DNA of 64,000 bases, taken from NCBI GenBank assembly GCA_021108075.1, contig JAIORP010000178.1, positions 31,811 to 95,810 of the forward strand. The letters run 5' to 3'. The notes under the pieces are model-generated. The model was not told the DNA's origin. It ran no database searches and worked only from the letters and a program-made list of their open reading frames with translations. This document shows, piece after piece, positions 19,684-29,459 of the stretch (position 1 is its first letter; each line of letters begins with the position of its first letter). Origin of the DNA: Candidatus Omnitrophota bacterium (GTDB lineage Bacteria; Omnitrophota; Gorgyraeia; Zapsychrales; Zapsychraceae). The translations under genes were made by a program, and so were the position numbers.

Positions 19684-21484
19684 TCCAATGAACAAACAGA
19701 AGATTTTTTTAATATCTCCGATATCCTTCTTATCTAAAACATTTTATTCATTTCTTAAGAAGTTTAACTACGACGTTTACTGTAGAGGTCGATTTGATAA
19801 GGACGTTTTAAGTGATACGGCTAATGATCATTATGATCAAGCTAGCGACGCGTTTCGCGCGTTTACGGATGACCATATTCAGCAAGACAGAATTAAAGCT
19901 ATTGCCGAAAAATATGGCTTAGATCCAACCTGTTTAGGTAAATTTTCTCGAGATGTCATGATGAGTGTTTGGCACTTTGATTTTTGTTTTACGTTTACTG
20001 CTGTCAAGAAGTTTGCCTCTTCAAACGCGATTATCGGATTTGTCAGTTATCCTCCAACCTGGTGGAAGTCATTAGAAGATATCCTCGGATACAAAACAAA
20101 TATTTTTTTCTCTGCGATCTTAATGTTTGAAAGACGATGTCGTATCTTTGTCAAATCGACACTAAAAATGATTTTATTTAGCATAAAATTATTGTCTTGG
20201 CTTTTTTTAAGATCTAAAGAAAATTATGGATATTGGCAACAAAATTATATTTGGCTCTCAGGTGATAAGAAAAACGTTCTCACCCGGGATTCAAAGAAGA
20301 ATTCATTGCCCTGTTTCCTGTCACAATTAAGGGTTGAGGGGAAAATACAGCAAAAGTTCATAATCATTGCTCCCGCGTTAAAAAAAGATGAATGGTGGGA
20401 GGATGAGGATGTTGTTGCCAGAAGCAATGTTTGGGATTTCTTTCCTGATGTGTCTTTATCTGAAGTGGGGGGAATTCTTAAACAATTTTTTTATCTATAT
20501 ATTCATTTATTTTTTAATTTCTTTAGCTCTAAGCCGGATTTTGAAATATTAATTGCTCTTTTTGATTATATCTTTATTGGATTTGTACTTCAGAAGCTGG
20601 ATCCTAAAGCTGTTTTATATTCTCAATCGACTTTTGGCGCGGGCAATAGTTTTGTTTACGCGAGTGCAGAGAAAAAGATTAAATCATTTCTTATTTATTA
20701 TGGGGCTTCAAATTTCAGGCCCGCCGTTGAATCCAAAGTGACGTATCAATTATTCACTAGCGAGTGCCAAAACGTTATCGCGGATCACATTTTTGTTTGG
20801 AATGAGCATACGAGAAAGCATTTTGAATCGATTGGTCGAGAAAAAAATGTTCATATTGTTGGAACTCAAATATTTTCACCGTGTTATCCGTTAAATCATT
20901 TTAAACCTAATACCAGATTTACAATAGGTGTATTCTTCGGGGTGCCGTTTGCCAAAGAACACATTTACCGAATGGGCCTGGGCAACTATTTCCATGATGT
21001 TTCTTATTGCGCGGAGTTTTGGCGCAGCTTATTCTCTGTGGTATCGAAAGTCTATCAGGAACAATTCATGTTTTTGGTTAAATTAAAAATTCGGGGGAAT
21101 AATCAGAAGCACTATGATACCTGGTTTCGTTCGTTGAAAAAAGAATATCCTTTCTTTGATGACGTCGTTCAGATCTGTTCAGAGACTGAGAATTTATGGG
21201 ATCTTGTTCAACGCACGGATTGCTGCGTCTCAACAGCTTTAAGCTCTGCGGCATGTGTTCCGCTTGATTTTGGCATTCCTTCAATTCATTATGATCAGGC
21301 GGGCATCGTTAAACCGATTGATAATCTTGGCATTCCCTTACTTTGCGATGAAAATTTTTTGATTCAATGGTTTCGAGACCTTAGAAATGGGCGTATAAAA
21401 AAGTATAAGATTGATGGAAAAAAATTTGATCTAGGAGCCGTCTCATTAGCCCGAATGTTGAATTTAATCATGTCTGAAAGCTAA
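19658..21484 (+). CDS. Hypothetical protein, 608 aa; possible glycan-modifying transferase (Maf-like by size and context only)
   Basis: Long ORF in AT-rich DNA immediately after the ptm-like block; no motif I can name. Alternative start at 19688 (MNKQKIF). Confidence 0.4.
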   Translation: MMGAYQSGNPMNKQKIFLISPISFLSKTFYSFLKKFNYDVYCRGRFDKDVLSDTANDHYDQASDAFRAFTDDHIQQDRIKAIAEKYGLDPTCLGKFSRDVMMSVWHFDFCFTFTAVKKFASSNAIIGFVSYPPTWWKSLEDILGYKTNIFFSAILMFERRCRIFVKSTLKMILFSIKLLSWLFLRSKENYGYWQQNYIWLSGDKKNVLTRDSKKNSLPCFLSQLRVEGKIQQKFIIIAPALKKDEWWEDEDVVARSNVWDFFPDVSLSEVGGILKQFFYLYIHLFFNFFSSKPDFEILIALFDYIFIGFVLQKLDPKAVLYSQSTFGAGNSFVYASAEKKIKSFLIYYGASNFRPAVESKVTYQLFTSECQNVIADHIFVWNEHTRKHFESIGREKNVHIVGTQIFSPCYPLNHFKPNTRFTIGVFFGVPFAKEHIYRMGLGNYFHDVSYCAEFWRSLFSVVSKVYQEQFMFLVKLKIRGNNQKHYDTWFRSLKKEYPFFDDVVQICSETENLWDLVQRTDCCVSTALSSAACVPLDFGIPSIHYDQAGIVKPIDNLGIPLLCDENFLIQWFRDLRNGRIKKYKIDGKKFDLGAVSLARMLNLIMSES

Positions 21485-21661
21485 AAGCTGACTTTTGTAT
21501 TGGTATAAAAGGGTTCTTTATGCAATGCATTGACATTTGATCAGATTCTAATAGAATATATTAAATCTTATTAAATATAAATTTTTTATATAGTAATTCT
21601 TTTAATAATTATATTAATATACTACAATTTGTATAATTTTTAGCGAAAAAGGAGGCGTGCG

Positions 21662-22390
21662 ATGAGCGAAGATAAGATTTTTGCAGATGATAAAGAAAAA
21701 ATAAATGATTTTGAGTTTGGAGAAGAGACAGCCCAAGTATTTGATGACATGTTGGATCGCAGTGTTCCGCTTTATCGCGAATTACAACGCATGATCGGTG
21801 AAATCGCGAATGAATTTGCCCAATCGGATACGAATATTGTTGATTTGGGGTGTTCAACCGGTATCACGCTTTTAACATTAAATAAAATGGTAGAGAAGAA
21901 TGTGAAGTTGATAGGTGTCGATTATTCACAGGCTATGCTCGATAAATGTAAAAAGAATTTGATAAAGGGTCATGTTAAAAAAGAATATGAATTTTTATGC
22001 CGCGACCTGAATAATGGCTTGGTCATAAAGAATGCATCTGTCGTTGTTTTGAATTTAACCCTTCAATTTATTCGTCCGCTTCAAAGAGATCTGCTGATTC
22101 AACATATTTACAATGGTTTGGTTGATAACGGATGTTTAATTTTAGTTGAGAAAGTCTTGGGGAATGATTCGGTTTTTAATCGGACATTTATTCAATTTTA
22201 TTATGATATGAAACAACGGAATGGTTATTCGGAGTTGGAGATTGCCCAGAAGCGTGAAGCATTGGAAAATGTGCTAATACCGTATCGAATGAGTGAAAAT
22301 GATCAAATGTTGCATCGTAATGGGTTTAGATACATGGATATTTTTTATAAGTGGTACAATTTTTATGGTGTGATAGCAATGAAAATGTAA
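21662..22390 (+). CDS. CmoA-like carboxy-S-adenosyl-L-methionine synthase homolog (class I SAM MTase fold)
   Basis: Near-colinear similarity to E. coli CmoA blocks: FDDMLDRSVPLY, VDLGCSTGITLL, NASVVVLNLTLQFIRP, NGYSELEIAQKREALENVL; 242 aa; strong AAAGGAGG RBS upstream. Confidence 0.65.
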   Translation: MSEDKIFADDKEKINDFEFGEETAQVFDDMLDRSVPLYRELQRMIGEIANEFAQSDTNIVDLGCSTGITLLTLNKMVEKNVKLIGVDYSQAMLDKCKKNLIKGHVKKEYEFLCRDLNNGLVIKNASVVVLNLTLQFIRPLQRDLLIQHIYNGLVDNGCLILVEKVLGNDSVFNRTFIQFYYDMKQRNGYSELEIAQKREALENVLIPYRMSENDQMLHRNGFRYMDIFYKWYNFYGVIAMKM

Positions 22391-22399
22391 AGGAGATTT

Positions 22400-23560
22400 A
22401 TGTTTGTTAACTCTACAAGCCAGAAAGAAGTTGAACAGGACATTGATTCTTTTATAAAAGATCAACACACACAAGGTGATCGAAATCGTTTATCCGCTAA
22501 ATTAAAAGGCGTCAAAATATGTGATACGGATCGCGAAAAGCGACTATTAAAGGTTATTCAGCAGGATCTGCATATATTAGAACGCATTGATGTGTCTGGA
22601 ATTCCCGGGGAATTGGATATTAAGTGGAAAAAATTAACAACAAGCGAACCGAACCGTTTTTTGAATGAGGACCGTTCTCCTAAGGCGGATGTTTTACGTA
22701 ATTTTAGAAAATTATCGATATTCATACCAGATGTGCCAACCTGTGACTTATCCGGGACTAATCCTATTAATATTGTTAGCGGTGGACGTCGAGGTGCGAG
22801 AAAACTCTTGTGTGAAAATTTAGAAATGCTTAAAGATAGGAAATGTCTTGATCTTTTGAAAAAATATCCTGTCAGCCGTATTGGAAACCCGAACGTTTTT
22901 ATTAAAGAAGGGTATGAATACACACATCGATGGACAAAGCATATATACTCATTGAGTTTATTTAAAAAGTATTTGGAGTCAGAATTAACAAATGATTTTG
23001 TTTTATTGGATTTGGGGTCAAGCTATGGGATTTTTTCCTATTTGATTAAGAAAGAGTATCCGAAAACAACACATATTCTGGTAGATTTTCCTGAACAACT
23101 AACGTTGGCCCATTATTTTTTAGGGATGAGTTTCCCTGAAGCAAAAATCGCGACAGTATCCGATCTAAAAGACATAGCTGCTTTGACAAATAACACTATA
23201 TCAGAGTATGATTTCCTTTTAGTCCCATGGTTTTATTATGATAAGTTAAGGTCGATCAAGATTGATGTGTATGCTAATTTTGCTTCTTTGGGAGAAATGC
23301 GGAGGGAATGGTTTGATTTTTATCTGAGTCATCCTGTCTTTAAATCTGCGAAGTGTTTGTTTATGATGAATAGTTTTATGTCAGGACAGGTTTATGATAA
23401 TGATTTAACTTTTTTAGATTATCCTTTTCGTGATTTTGATCAGTTGTATTTAGGGATTTGGCCCTATTCCCACTATACTTATGATAAAAAGCAGTTTTTT
23501 TTCTATGAAAAAGTTTGTTTCGCCTCCCAATATTTTGAATATATCGGCAAGAGAAAATGA
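22400..23560 (+). CDS. Hypothetical protein with methyltransferase-like fold (LDLGSSYGI motif); candidate partner of the CmoA-like enzyme
   Basis: 386 aa; glycine-rich LLDLGSSYGIFSYL then acidic VDFPE; no further recognisable motifs. Confidence 0.4.
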   Translation: MFVNSTSQKEVEQDIDSFIKDQHTQGDRNRLSAKLKGVKICDTDREKRLLKVIQQDLHILERIDVSGIPGELDIKWKKLTTSEPNRFLNEDRSPKADVLRNFRKLSIFIPDVPTCDLSGTNPINIVSGGRRGARKLLCENLEMLKDRKCLDLLKKYPVSRIGNPNVFIKEGYEYTHRWTKHIYSLSLFKKYLESELTNDFVLLDLGSSYGIFSYLIKKEYPKTTHILVDFPEQLTLAHYFLGMSFPEAKIATVSDLKDIAALTNNTISEYDFLLVPWFYYDKLRSIKIDVYANFASLGEMRREWFDFYLSHPVFKSAKCLFMMNSFMSGQVYDNDLTFLDYPFRDFDQLYLGIWPYSHYTYDKKQFFFYEKVCFASQYFEYIGKRK

Positions 23561-24591
23561 ATATGAATAAATCAAAATGTATCATCATCGGTTTCGGCTA
23601 TATGGGGGAAATTCGCGGGCGGGTTATTGATCAGCACGGGCGGCTTGAGCTCATCGGTGTGTGCGAGCCCGACAACGTCAAACGCGAGAAGATCAAGGGT
23701 GTGGCGGCGGTTTCGACCTACCAGGAGGCTTTGGCCTTAAACCCGGATATTGTTTTTGTCTGCGCCCCCAACTGTTTCGCGCCTGAAATAACCATCCAAA
23801 GTTTAAGGCGAGGTGTCCACGTTTTTTGTGAAAAGCCCCCTGGCCGTAATGTGCAGGATGTCCTGGATATGCGGGCGGCAGAACATTCGTCTGTTAAGTT
23901 GATGTTCGGCTTTAATCACCGTTACCATCCCGGGATACTGAAAGCAAAAGCGGTTTTAGAGACCGGCCGCCTGGGCCGGATCATCTCTTTGCGTGGTGTT
24001 TATGGTAAATCAGGCGGTGCTCAATACCATACGTCCTGGCGGAATGATATAAAAATTTCCGGCGGCGGGATATTACTGGACCAGGGTATTCATATGTTAG
24101 ACCTGTTCCGTTTTTTTTGCGATGATTTTGATCAGGTTAAATGTTTTGCCTCAACGTCTTATTGGAAATTCAACGACTTAGAAGATAATGCTTTTGTTAT
24201 TCTGAAAAATAAGCAGGGGCAAACGGCTTCGCTGTATTCCTCCGCGACACTGTGGAAACACACGTTTCAGATCAACATCATTTGTGAAGACGGCTACATG
24301 ACAGTGGAAGGGTTGCTGTCTAAATCCGGCAGTTATGGCCGTGAACGGCTTAAGATAGCCAAACGTCAGTTTGAAGATGAAGCTGCCGCGGTTGGTAATC
24401 CTTCCGAAGAAATCACATATTTTGACCGGGACCAGTCGTGGAATTTAGAAGTTGATGAATTCGTGGATTGCGTTCAAAATAATAAACCTGTTTCGACCAG
24501 TTCCTCTCATGATGCCTTGCGGGTCATGGAAATTGTTGATCAGGCCTATTCCGATGCCGGAATGAGTTTTTCTCAGGAGATAAAGCGATGA
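23557..24591 (+). CDS. Gfo/Idh/MocA-family oxidoreductase
   Basis: IIGFGYMGEIRG Rossmann motif and CEKPP; 344 aa. Confidence 0.7.
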   Translation: MNMNKSKCIIIGFGYMGEIRGRVIDQHGRLELIGVCEPDNVKREKIKGVAAVSTYQEALALNPDIVFVCAPNCFAPEITIQSLRRGVHVFCEKPPGRNVQDVLDMRAAEHSSVKLMFGFNHRYHPGILKAKAVLETGRLGRIISLRGVYGKSGGAQYHTSWRNDIKISGGGILLDQGIHMLDLFRFFCDDFDQVKCFASTSYWKFNDLEDNAFVILKNKQGQTASLYSSATLWKHTFQINIICEDGYMTVEGLLSKSGSYGRERLKIAKRQFEDEAAAVGNPSEEITYFDRDQSWNLEVDEFVDCVQNNKPVSTSSSHDALRVMEIVDQAYSDAGMSFSQEIKR

Positions 24592-25604
24592 AGACAATTG
24601 TGAGCAATGATGACTTTAACGCGGTTGATTTGAAACCATCCGGACTTTTAGCGCGATATATTGACCTGGCTAAAACGGATGTGCGGACATACATTTTAGA
24701 AGGAAACCCATTAAAGCCCTGTCCTTGCCCGGCCTGTCAACGCGATGAGGCCCGGCCGGCCTTTGTTAAGTTGGGGCTTCATTACCAGGAGTGCCTGGCC
24801 TGTGGCACAATTTTTATAGCACCGCGGCCCGGCGATGAGAGCATCGAAAAATTTTACCGGAAATCAGGATCGCGTAAATTTTGGCAGGAACAATTATCTC
24901 AAAGTACAGACCTTAAAAGAAAACAAAAGATTATCAAACCCCGCTGTGAGTGGATGATGGATTCTACCCAGGAGCATTTACCTGAGGCGCGTTGCCTGGC
25001 GGATATTTATATGAACCATACGGGGTATGTTCACGAACTGGAAAGCCTGGCCTGTTTTGAACAGAAATTGTTGGTCAATCCATGGGTGTCGTTTGATAAC
25101 CGTCAAACGCCTGACGGAATAAAGATTGTCCAGGCGCGGGATTGGGAAAAACTTCTCGAGCGTCAAGTTGATGTGCTGGTCTTGTTTGAGGTCTTAGACC
25201 GCGTGGCTGATGTTGAGACATTTATGACGAACGTTCACCGGATATTAAAACCGGGAGGGTTATGCTTTATCACCGCGATCCTTTCCTCCGGGTTTGATAT
25301 TCAGACATTGTGGGATGACGCGAACAATCTCATTCCTCCCGACCGTCTGAACGTGTTTTCGGTGGATGGTCTTTGTTCTTTATTTGACCGGCAGGGATAT
25401 GAATGTTTGGAGTTCAGCACACCGGGGATATTGGATATTGAGCTTGTTAAAGCCGGCCTGAACAAGCAAAAGAAGGTTCATTCACGGTTTGTTAAACAGA
25501 TCATGGAAGCCCGGAATAACACGCGACGGGAATTTCAGCGGTTTTTGCAGGCGAATTTATTAAGTTCTTATGGACGCGTTTTGATACGCAAAAAGGAGCG
25601 GTAG
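24588..25604 (+). CDS. SAM-dependent methyltransferase with N-terminal Cys4 zinc-ribbon (sugar C/O-methyltransferase-like)
   Basis: CPCPACQ ... CLACG zinc-ribbon, then VDVLVLFEVLDRV ... ILKPGG methyltransferase region; 338 aa. Confidence 0.6.
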   Translation: MKTIVSNDDFNAVDLKPSGLLARYIDLAKTDVRTYILEGNPLKPCPCPACQRDEARPAFVKLGLHYQECLACGTIFIAPRPGDESIEKFYRKSGSRKFWQEQLSQSTDLKRKQKIIKPRCEWMMDSTQEHLPEARCLADIYMNHTGYVHELESLACFEQKLLVNPWVSFDNRQTPDGIKIVQARDWEKLLERQVDVLVLFEVLDRVADVETFMTNVHRILKPGGLCFITAILSSGFDIQTLWDDANNLIPPDRLNVFSVDGLCSLFDRQGYECLEFSTPGILDIELVKAGLNKQKKVHSRFVKQIMEARNNTRREFQRFLQANLLSSYGRVLIRKKER

Positions 25605-25607
25605 GAT

Positions 25608-26231
25608 ATGTCTTATGTGAGGCGTTATTTAGAAGAAACCAAAAAAATATCTGAGTTGATCAATCCCCAAGATGTTGAGAACATGATCAACATTCTGTTA
25701 AAGGTCCGTCAAGCTGCGGGGCGCCTGTTCTTTCTTGGTGTTGGCGGGAGCGCTGGTAATTGTTCTCATGCCGTCAACGATTTTCGTAAGATCGGTGGAT
25801 TTGAAGCGTATACTCCGGTTGATAATGTCTCGGAACTAACGGCCCGGACCAATGATGAAGGCTGGGAGACCGTTTTCGCCCAATGGTTAAAGCAGTCACG
25901 GTTAAATGAAAATGATTGTGTTTTTATTTTTTCCGTTGGAGGCGGCAGCAAGGAGAAAAATATCAGCGTGAATTTAGTTTACGCCCTGGATTATGCCAGA
26001 CAGCAATCCGCAAAAGTGATCGGTGTTGTTGGCCGGGATGGCGGGCATACGGGGCAAGTCGCCGATGCCTGTGTGATCATCCCGACGATGTCAGATGACA
26101 CGGTTACCCCGCACGCGGAAGCGTTTCAGGGCGTTGTTTGGCATATGATCGTTTCTGATCCGCGCGTCATGCGGATGACCAACAAATGGGAGTCTGTTGC
26201 CGATCAAAAGACCAGTAAAGAAAATAATTAA
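25608..26231 (+). CDS. SIS-domain sugar-phosphate isomerase (GmhA / sedoheptulose-7-P isomerase-like)
   Basis: LGVGGSAGNCSHAVNDFRK SIS motif; 207 aa. Confidence 0.7.
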   Translation: MSYVRRYLEETKKISELINPQDVENMINILLKVRQAAGRLFFLGVGGSAGNCSHAVNDFRKIGGFEAYTPVDNVSELTARTNDEGWETVFAQWLKQSRLNENDCVFIFSVGGGSKEKNISVNLVYALDYARQQSAKVIGVVGRDGGHTGQVADACVIIPTMSDDTVTPHAEAFQGVVWHMIVSDPRVMRMTNKWESVADQKTSKENN

Positions 26232-26242
26232 AGGAGTACGCG

Positions 26243-26929
26243 ATGGCCATTTTTATAGATTCAGGTAACATTGAAGAAATCAAGACGTATCATTCCATGG
26301 GCATCATCCGCGGAGTGACGACCAATCCGACGATTCTTCTTCAAGACGGCATCAAAGGCGGTATGGCTGAGATCAAGCGGTGTTCGGTTGATCTCGCCAA
26401 ATTGATCCATCCGTATCCTTTGTCCGTTGAAGTCACAACCAATGATCCGCGGAAGATGTTGGAAGAAGCCCTTGAGATGGCGTCCTGGGCGGATAATATC
26501 AACGTAAAATTGACGATCCACGGCCCTGACGGCGAGTTAGACAATTTGACGGTTATCCATGAATTAGAGACGAAACACAATGTCCGTGTAAATGTCACGG
26601 CCATGATGAGCGCGCAGCAATGTTTTGTGGCGGCTTTAGCCGGCGCGACTTACGTCTCGCTTTTTTGCGGGCGGGTGAACAATATGGGTTACAACAGTAT
26701 GGAGGAATTGAGCAAGCTCCGTAACTTGATTGACAGTTTTGATCTAAAGGCTCAGATTATCGCGGCCTCGACCCGTGAGATTTTGAACATTGTTGAGTGG
26801 TTGGACGCCGGCGCCCATATCGTCACGGTTCTGCCCAAATTCATGAACGGGATGATCGTGCACCCGTACACCAAAGAGACGGTCCAACAATTTTTGGATG
26901 ACGCAGCTAAAGGAGAAGGCGCTAAATGA
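26243..26929 (+). CDS. Fructose-6-phosphate aldolase / TalC-type transaldolase family
   Basis: MAIFIDSGNIEEIK ... GVTTNPTIL N-terminus and overall colinearity with E. coli FSA (about 220 aa class); 228 aa. Confidence 0.75.
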   Translation: MAIFIDSGNIEEIKTYHSMGIIRGVTTNPTILLQDGIKGGMAEIKRCSVDLAKLIHPYPLSVEVTTNDPRKMLEEALEMASWADNINVKLTIHGPDGELDNLTVIHELETKHNVRVNVTAMMSAQQCFVAALAGATYVSLFCGRVNNMGYNSMEELSKLRNLIDSFDLKAQIIAASTREILNIVEWLDAGAHIVTVLPKFMNGMIVHPYTKETVQQFLDDAAKGEGAK

Positions 26930-27720
26930 AAAGTATTATTAATCGACGGAAGAAATTAAAGAAAAAGTTTAAGAATAAAGAGAGGGTTTTCGGGGCATGG
27001 ACATCACTCGCCCATTCGGGTATCACAGAAATTTTTTGTCAATCCGGGGTCGACTTTGTCGGTATTGATATCGAGCACAGCACGATCAGTCAAGGCGAAG
27101 CGCGAAGGATTATATCTGCCGCCCAAGCCGGAGGTTCCTTATGTTTACCGCGTATCGCTTCGCATAATATGGAGATGGTCAAACGCCTGTTAGACTCCGG
27201 CGCGGACGGGATTATTGTTCCGATGGTCTCAACAGCGGAAGAGGTCCGGGACATTATCTCCTGGTTGAAATATCCACCGAAAGGTAACCGCAGTTACGGT
27301 ATAGCCCGCGGGCAGGATTATGGATTTGATTTTGAAAATTATACCAGTTCATGGAACGACACCTCGACGTTAATCGTCCAGATCGAGTCGGTTGAAGGCG
27401 TGGAGAACATTGAAGCGATCACGGCCTTTGAAGAGGTCGATGGCATTATGATCGGTCCGTATGACTTATCCGGGTCATTAGGCATCCCCGGTCAACTGAA
27501 TCATCCCAAAGTTCAGGACGCCTGTATCAAGGCCTTACAGATGGCGCATGTGGCCCAGAAATCGTGCGGGACCCAATTGATCGAACCCAACGCGGAGAAT
27601 ATGAAGGCTTCTTTTGATCATGGTTATGACTTTGTGATCTTAGCCTCTGATGTCTTTCTCTTATGGAAGTGGAGCGAGGCGATGAAAGTTTTCATTAAGC
27701 AATTGAGAGGCACGCAGTAA
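26926..27720 (+). CDS. HpcH/HpaI-family (class II, pyruvate-dependent) aldolase
   Basis: GVDFVGIDIEHS and VENIEAI / GPYDL motifs of the HpcH/HpaI-citrate lyase beta fold; 264 aa. Confidence 0.65.
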   Translation: MKSIINRRKKLKKKFKNKERVFGAWTSLAHSGITEIFCQSGVDFVGIDIEHSTISQGEARRIISAAQAGGSLCLPRIASHNMEMVKRLLDSGADGIIVPMVSTAEEVRDIISWLKYPPKGNRSYGIARGQDYGFDFENYTSSWNDTSTLIVQIESVEGVENIEAITAFEEVDGIMIGPYDLSGSLGIPGQLNHPKVQDACIKALQMAHVAQKSCGTQLIEPNAENMKASFDHGYDFVILASDVFLLWKWSEAMKVFIKQLRGTQ

Positions 27721-27722
27721 GC

Positions 27723-28373
27723 ATGGCAACTTTAAGGACGGTTGTTTTGGATTTCGACGGTGTGCTGGTTGAGTCTGTCGGGATAAAAGATCAGGCCTTT
27801 GAAGAAATTTTTTCTGAATTCCCTGAGCATTTTGACCGGATTATGCGGTATCATCTGGCGCGCAACGCGACAATCCGTTATGAAAAGTTTAAACATATTT
27901 GGACGGAAATCCTCGGACGGCCTTATTCCGTTGATGTTGAACAGGAGTTATGCGGTCGATATGAGCGGCGTATCGTTGATAAAATTATTCAATGTCCTGA
28001 GGTTACGGGCGCGTCGGACTTTTTGAGCTTTCTCAGCAAAAAAATGCCTTTGTATATCGTTTCGATGAATCCATTGGAAGAGTTGAGGTCGATATTGCGA
28101 AAGCGGGGTTTTCTCTCCTTTTTTAGAGACGTGTACGCTTTTCCCTGGAAAAAGAAAGACGCTTTAGCGGATATTCTCAAGAAAGAAGGCCTGACGGCAC
28201 AGCAGTGCGTCTTTATCGGTGATACCCCGGAAGACCACATGGCGGCAAAAGAGAACGGCCTGACTTTTATCGGACGGCAATCAAATAGGAAGTTATCCGA
28301 TGATATTCCCGTATTTAAAACCCTGACGGATATTCAAAATTTTTTAGTGGATCAATATAACATTTATGAATAA
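27723..28373 (+). CDS. HAD-superfamily hydrolase (phosphatase, subfamily IA-like)
   Basis: VVLDFDGVLVES motif I and GDTPEDHMAA motif; 216 aa. Confidence 0.7.
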   Translation: MATLRTVVLDFDGVLVESVGIKDQAFEEIFSEFPEHFDRIMRYHLARNATIRYEKFKHIWTEILGRPYSVDVEQELCGRYERRIVDKIIQCPEVTGASDFLSFLSKKMPLYIVSMNPLEELRSILRKRGFLSFFRDVYAFPWKKKDALADILKKEGLTAQQCVFIGDTPEDHMAAKENGLTFIGRQSNRKLSDDIPVFKTLTDIQNFLVDQYNIYE

Positions 28374-28409
28374 AGACATTCTATCAACTCTTTATGATCA
28401 TACCAAATC

Positions 28410-28506
28410 TATTAATAAATTGTTCTATATTAATTTTGATATTCTCGCTAAATCGTCGAGAAAAGCAGAATTGGTGTTGGTCATTATTTAATGGAATTGG
28501 TATAAT
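28410..28506 (+). repeat. Promoter/operator repeat element, copy B (near-consensus), upstream of the 28651 operon
   Basis: Contains the 5' end ATACCAAATCTATTAAT, dyad TTCTCG-N9-CGAGAA (28443..28462), TTGGTC (-35-like), an 18-bp spacer, and TGGTATAAT (28498..28506). Confidence 0.8.
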
Positions 28507-28650
28507 TATATCAGTCAAGACTTGATGATTTTGACCTGCCGGGTTATGGTTTTGGAGATTTGCCTTTGTAGTCGATCCCGATCGCATTTTCCGGGTTAAC
28601 AAAATTGGCGATCAAAGAATAAAACAGATCAACGCGGAAAGGATAATATT

Positions 28651-29433
28651 TTGGAGCAACATTATTTAACAAAATTTTTTAATTTGGAAGGAAAAGTCGC
28701 GGTTGTGATCGGATCGGCCGGTTTTTTATGCAGTGAGATGGCGATAGGTTTAGCCCGGGCCGGTGTCGCGGTCGCTTTGTTAGATAAGAACGAAACGGGT
28801 TTAAGAAAGGTTTTAGCCAGGATTAAGAAACACCGGTCGCGGGCGATTACTTACCGGATGGATGTAACCGATAAAAACGCCCATCAACAGGCGCTTCAGG
28901 CTGTTCTTAAGGAATTCAAGAGAGTGGATATTTTGATTAACGGGGCGGGCATCAATGCTCCGACCCCGGTGATGGATATCGCGTTAGAGGAGTGGCACGC
29001 GATCATTGATTCGCATGTCACGGCGACGCTCTTCGGTTGCCAGGTTTTTGGCGCTCATATGATCAAACGCAAGAAGGGTTCTATTATCAATATGTCCTCA
29101 GCGTCCGCCGGTCCGCCCTTGTCCAGGGCGTTTACCTATTCGGTCGCCAAAGCGGGCATAAGAAACCTGACGCAGAATTTGGGGCGGGAGTGGGCCCCTT
29201 ATAACGTGCGCGTGAATGCCCTGCGCCCCGGGTTCTTCCCGACGGAATGGAGTAAGAAGCATTTTATTGATCCAGGCCGAAATGACGCGATCCTGGGGCA
29301 CACGCCCATGGGCCGTTATGGGAAACCGAAAGAATTGGTCGGTGGAGTGTTGTGGCTGGCTTCTGACGCGGCAAGCTTTGTGACCGGGTCCGAAGTCAGC
29401 ATCGATGGTGGTTTTAGCTGTATGACAATATAA
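28651..29433 (+). CDS. SDR oxidoreductase
   Basis: VIGSAGFLCSE, NGAG, YSVAKAG (YxxxK); 260 aa. TTG start as given by the ORF track; the first operon gene after a promoter-repeat copy. Confidence 0.7.
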   Translation: MEQHYLTKFFNLEGKVAVVIGSAGFLCSEMAIGLARAGVAVALLDKNETGLRKVLARIKKHRSRAITYRMDVTDKNAHQQALQAVLKEFKRVDILINGAGINAPTPVMDIALEEWHAIIDSHVTATLFGCQVFGAHMIKRKKGSIINMSSASAGPPLSRAFTYSVAKAGIRNLTQNLGREWAPYNVRVNALRPGFFPTEWSKKHFIDPGRNDAILGHTPMGRYGKPKELVGGVLWLASDAASFVTGSEVSIDGGFSCMTI

Positions 29434-29459
29434 AATACGGACATAAAAAAAGGTCAACA

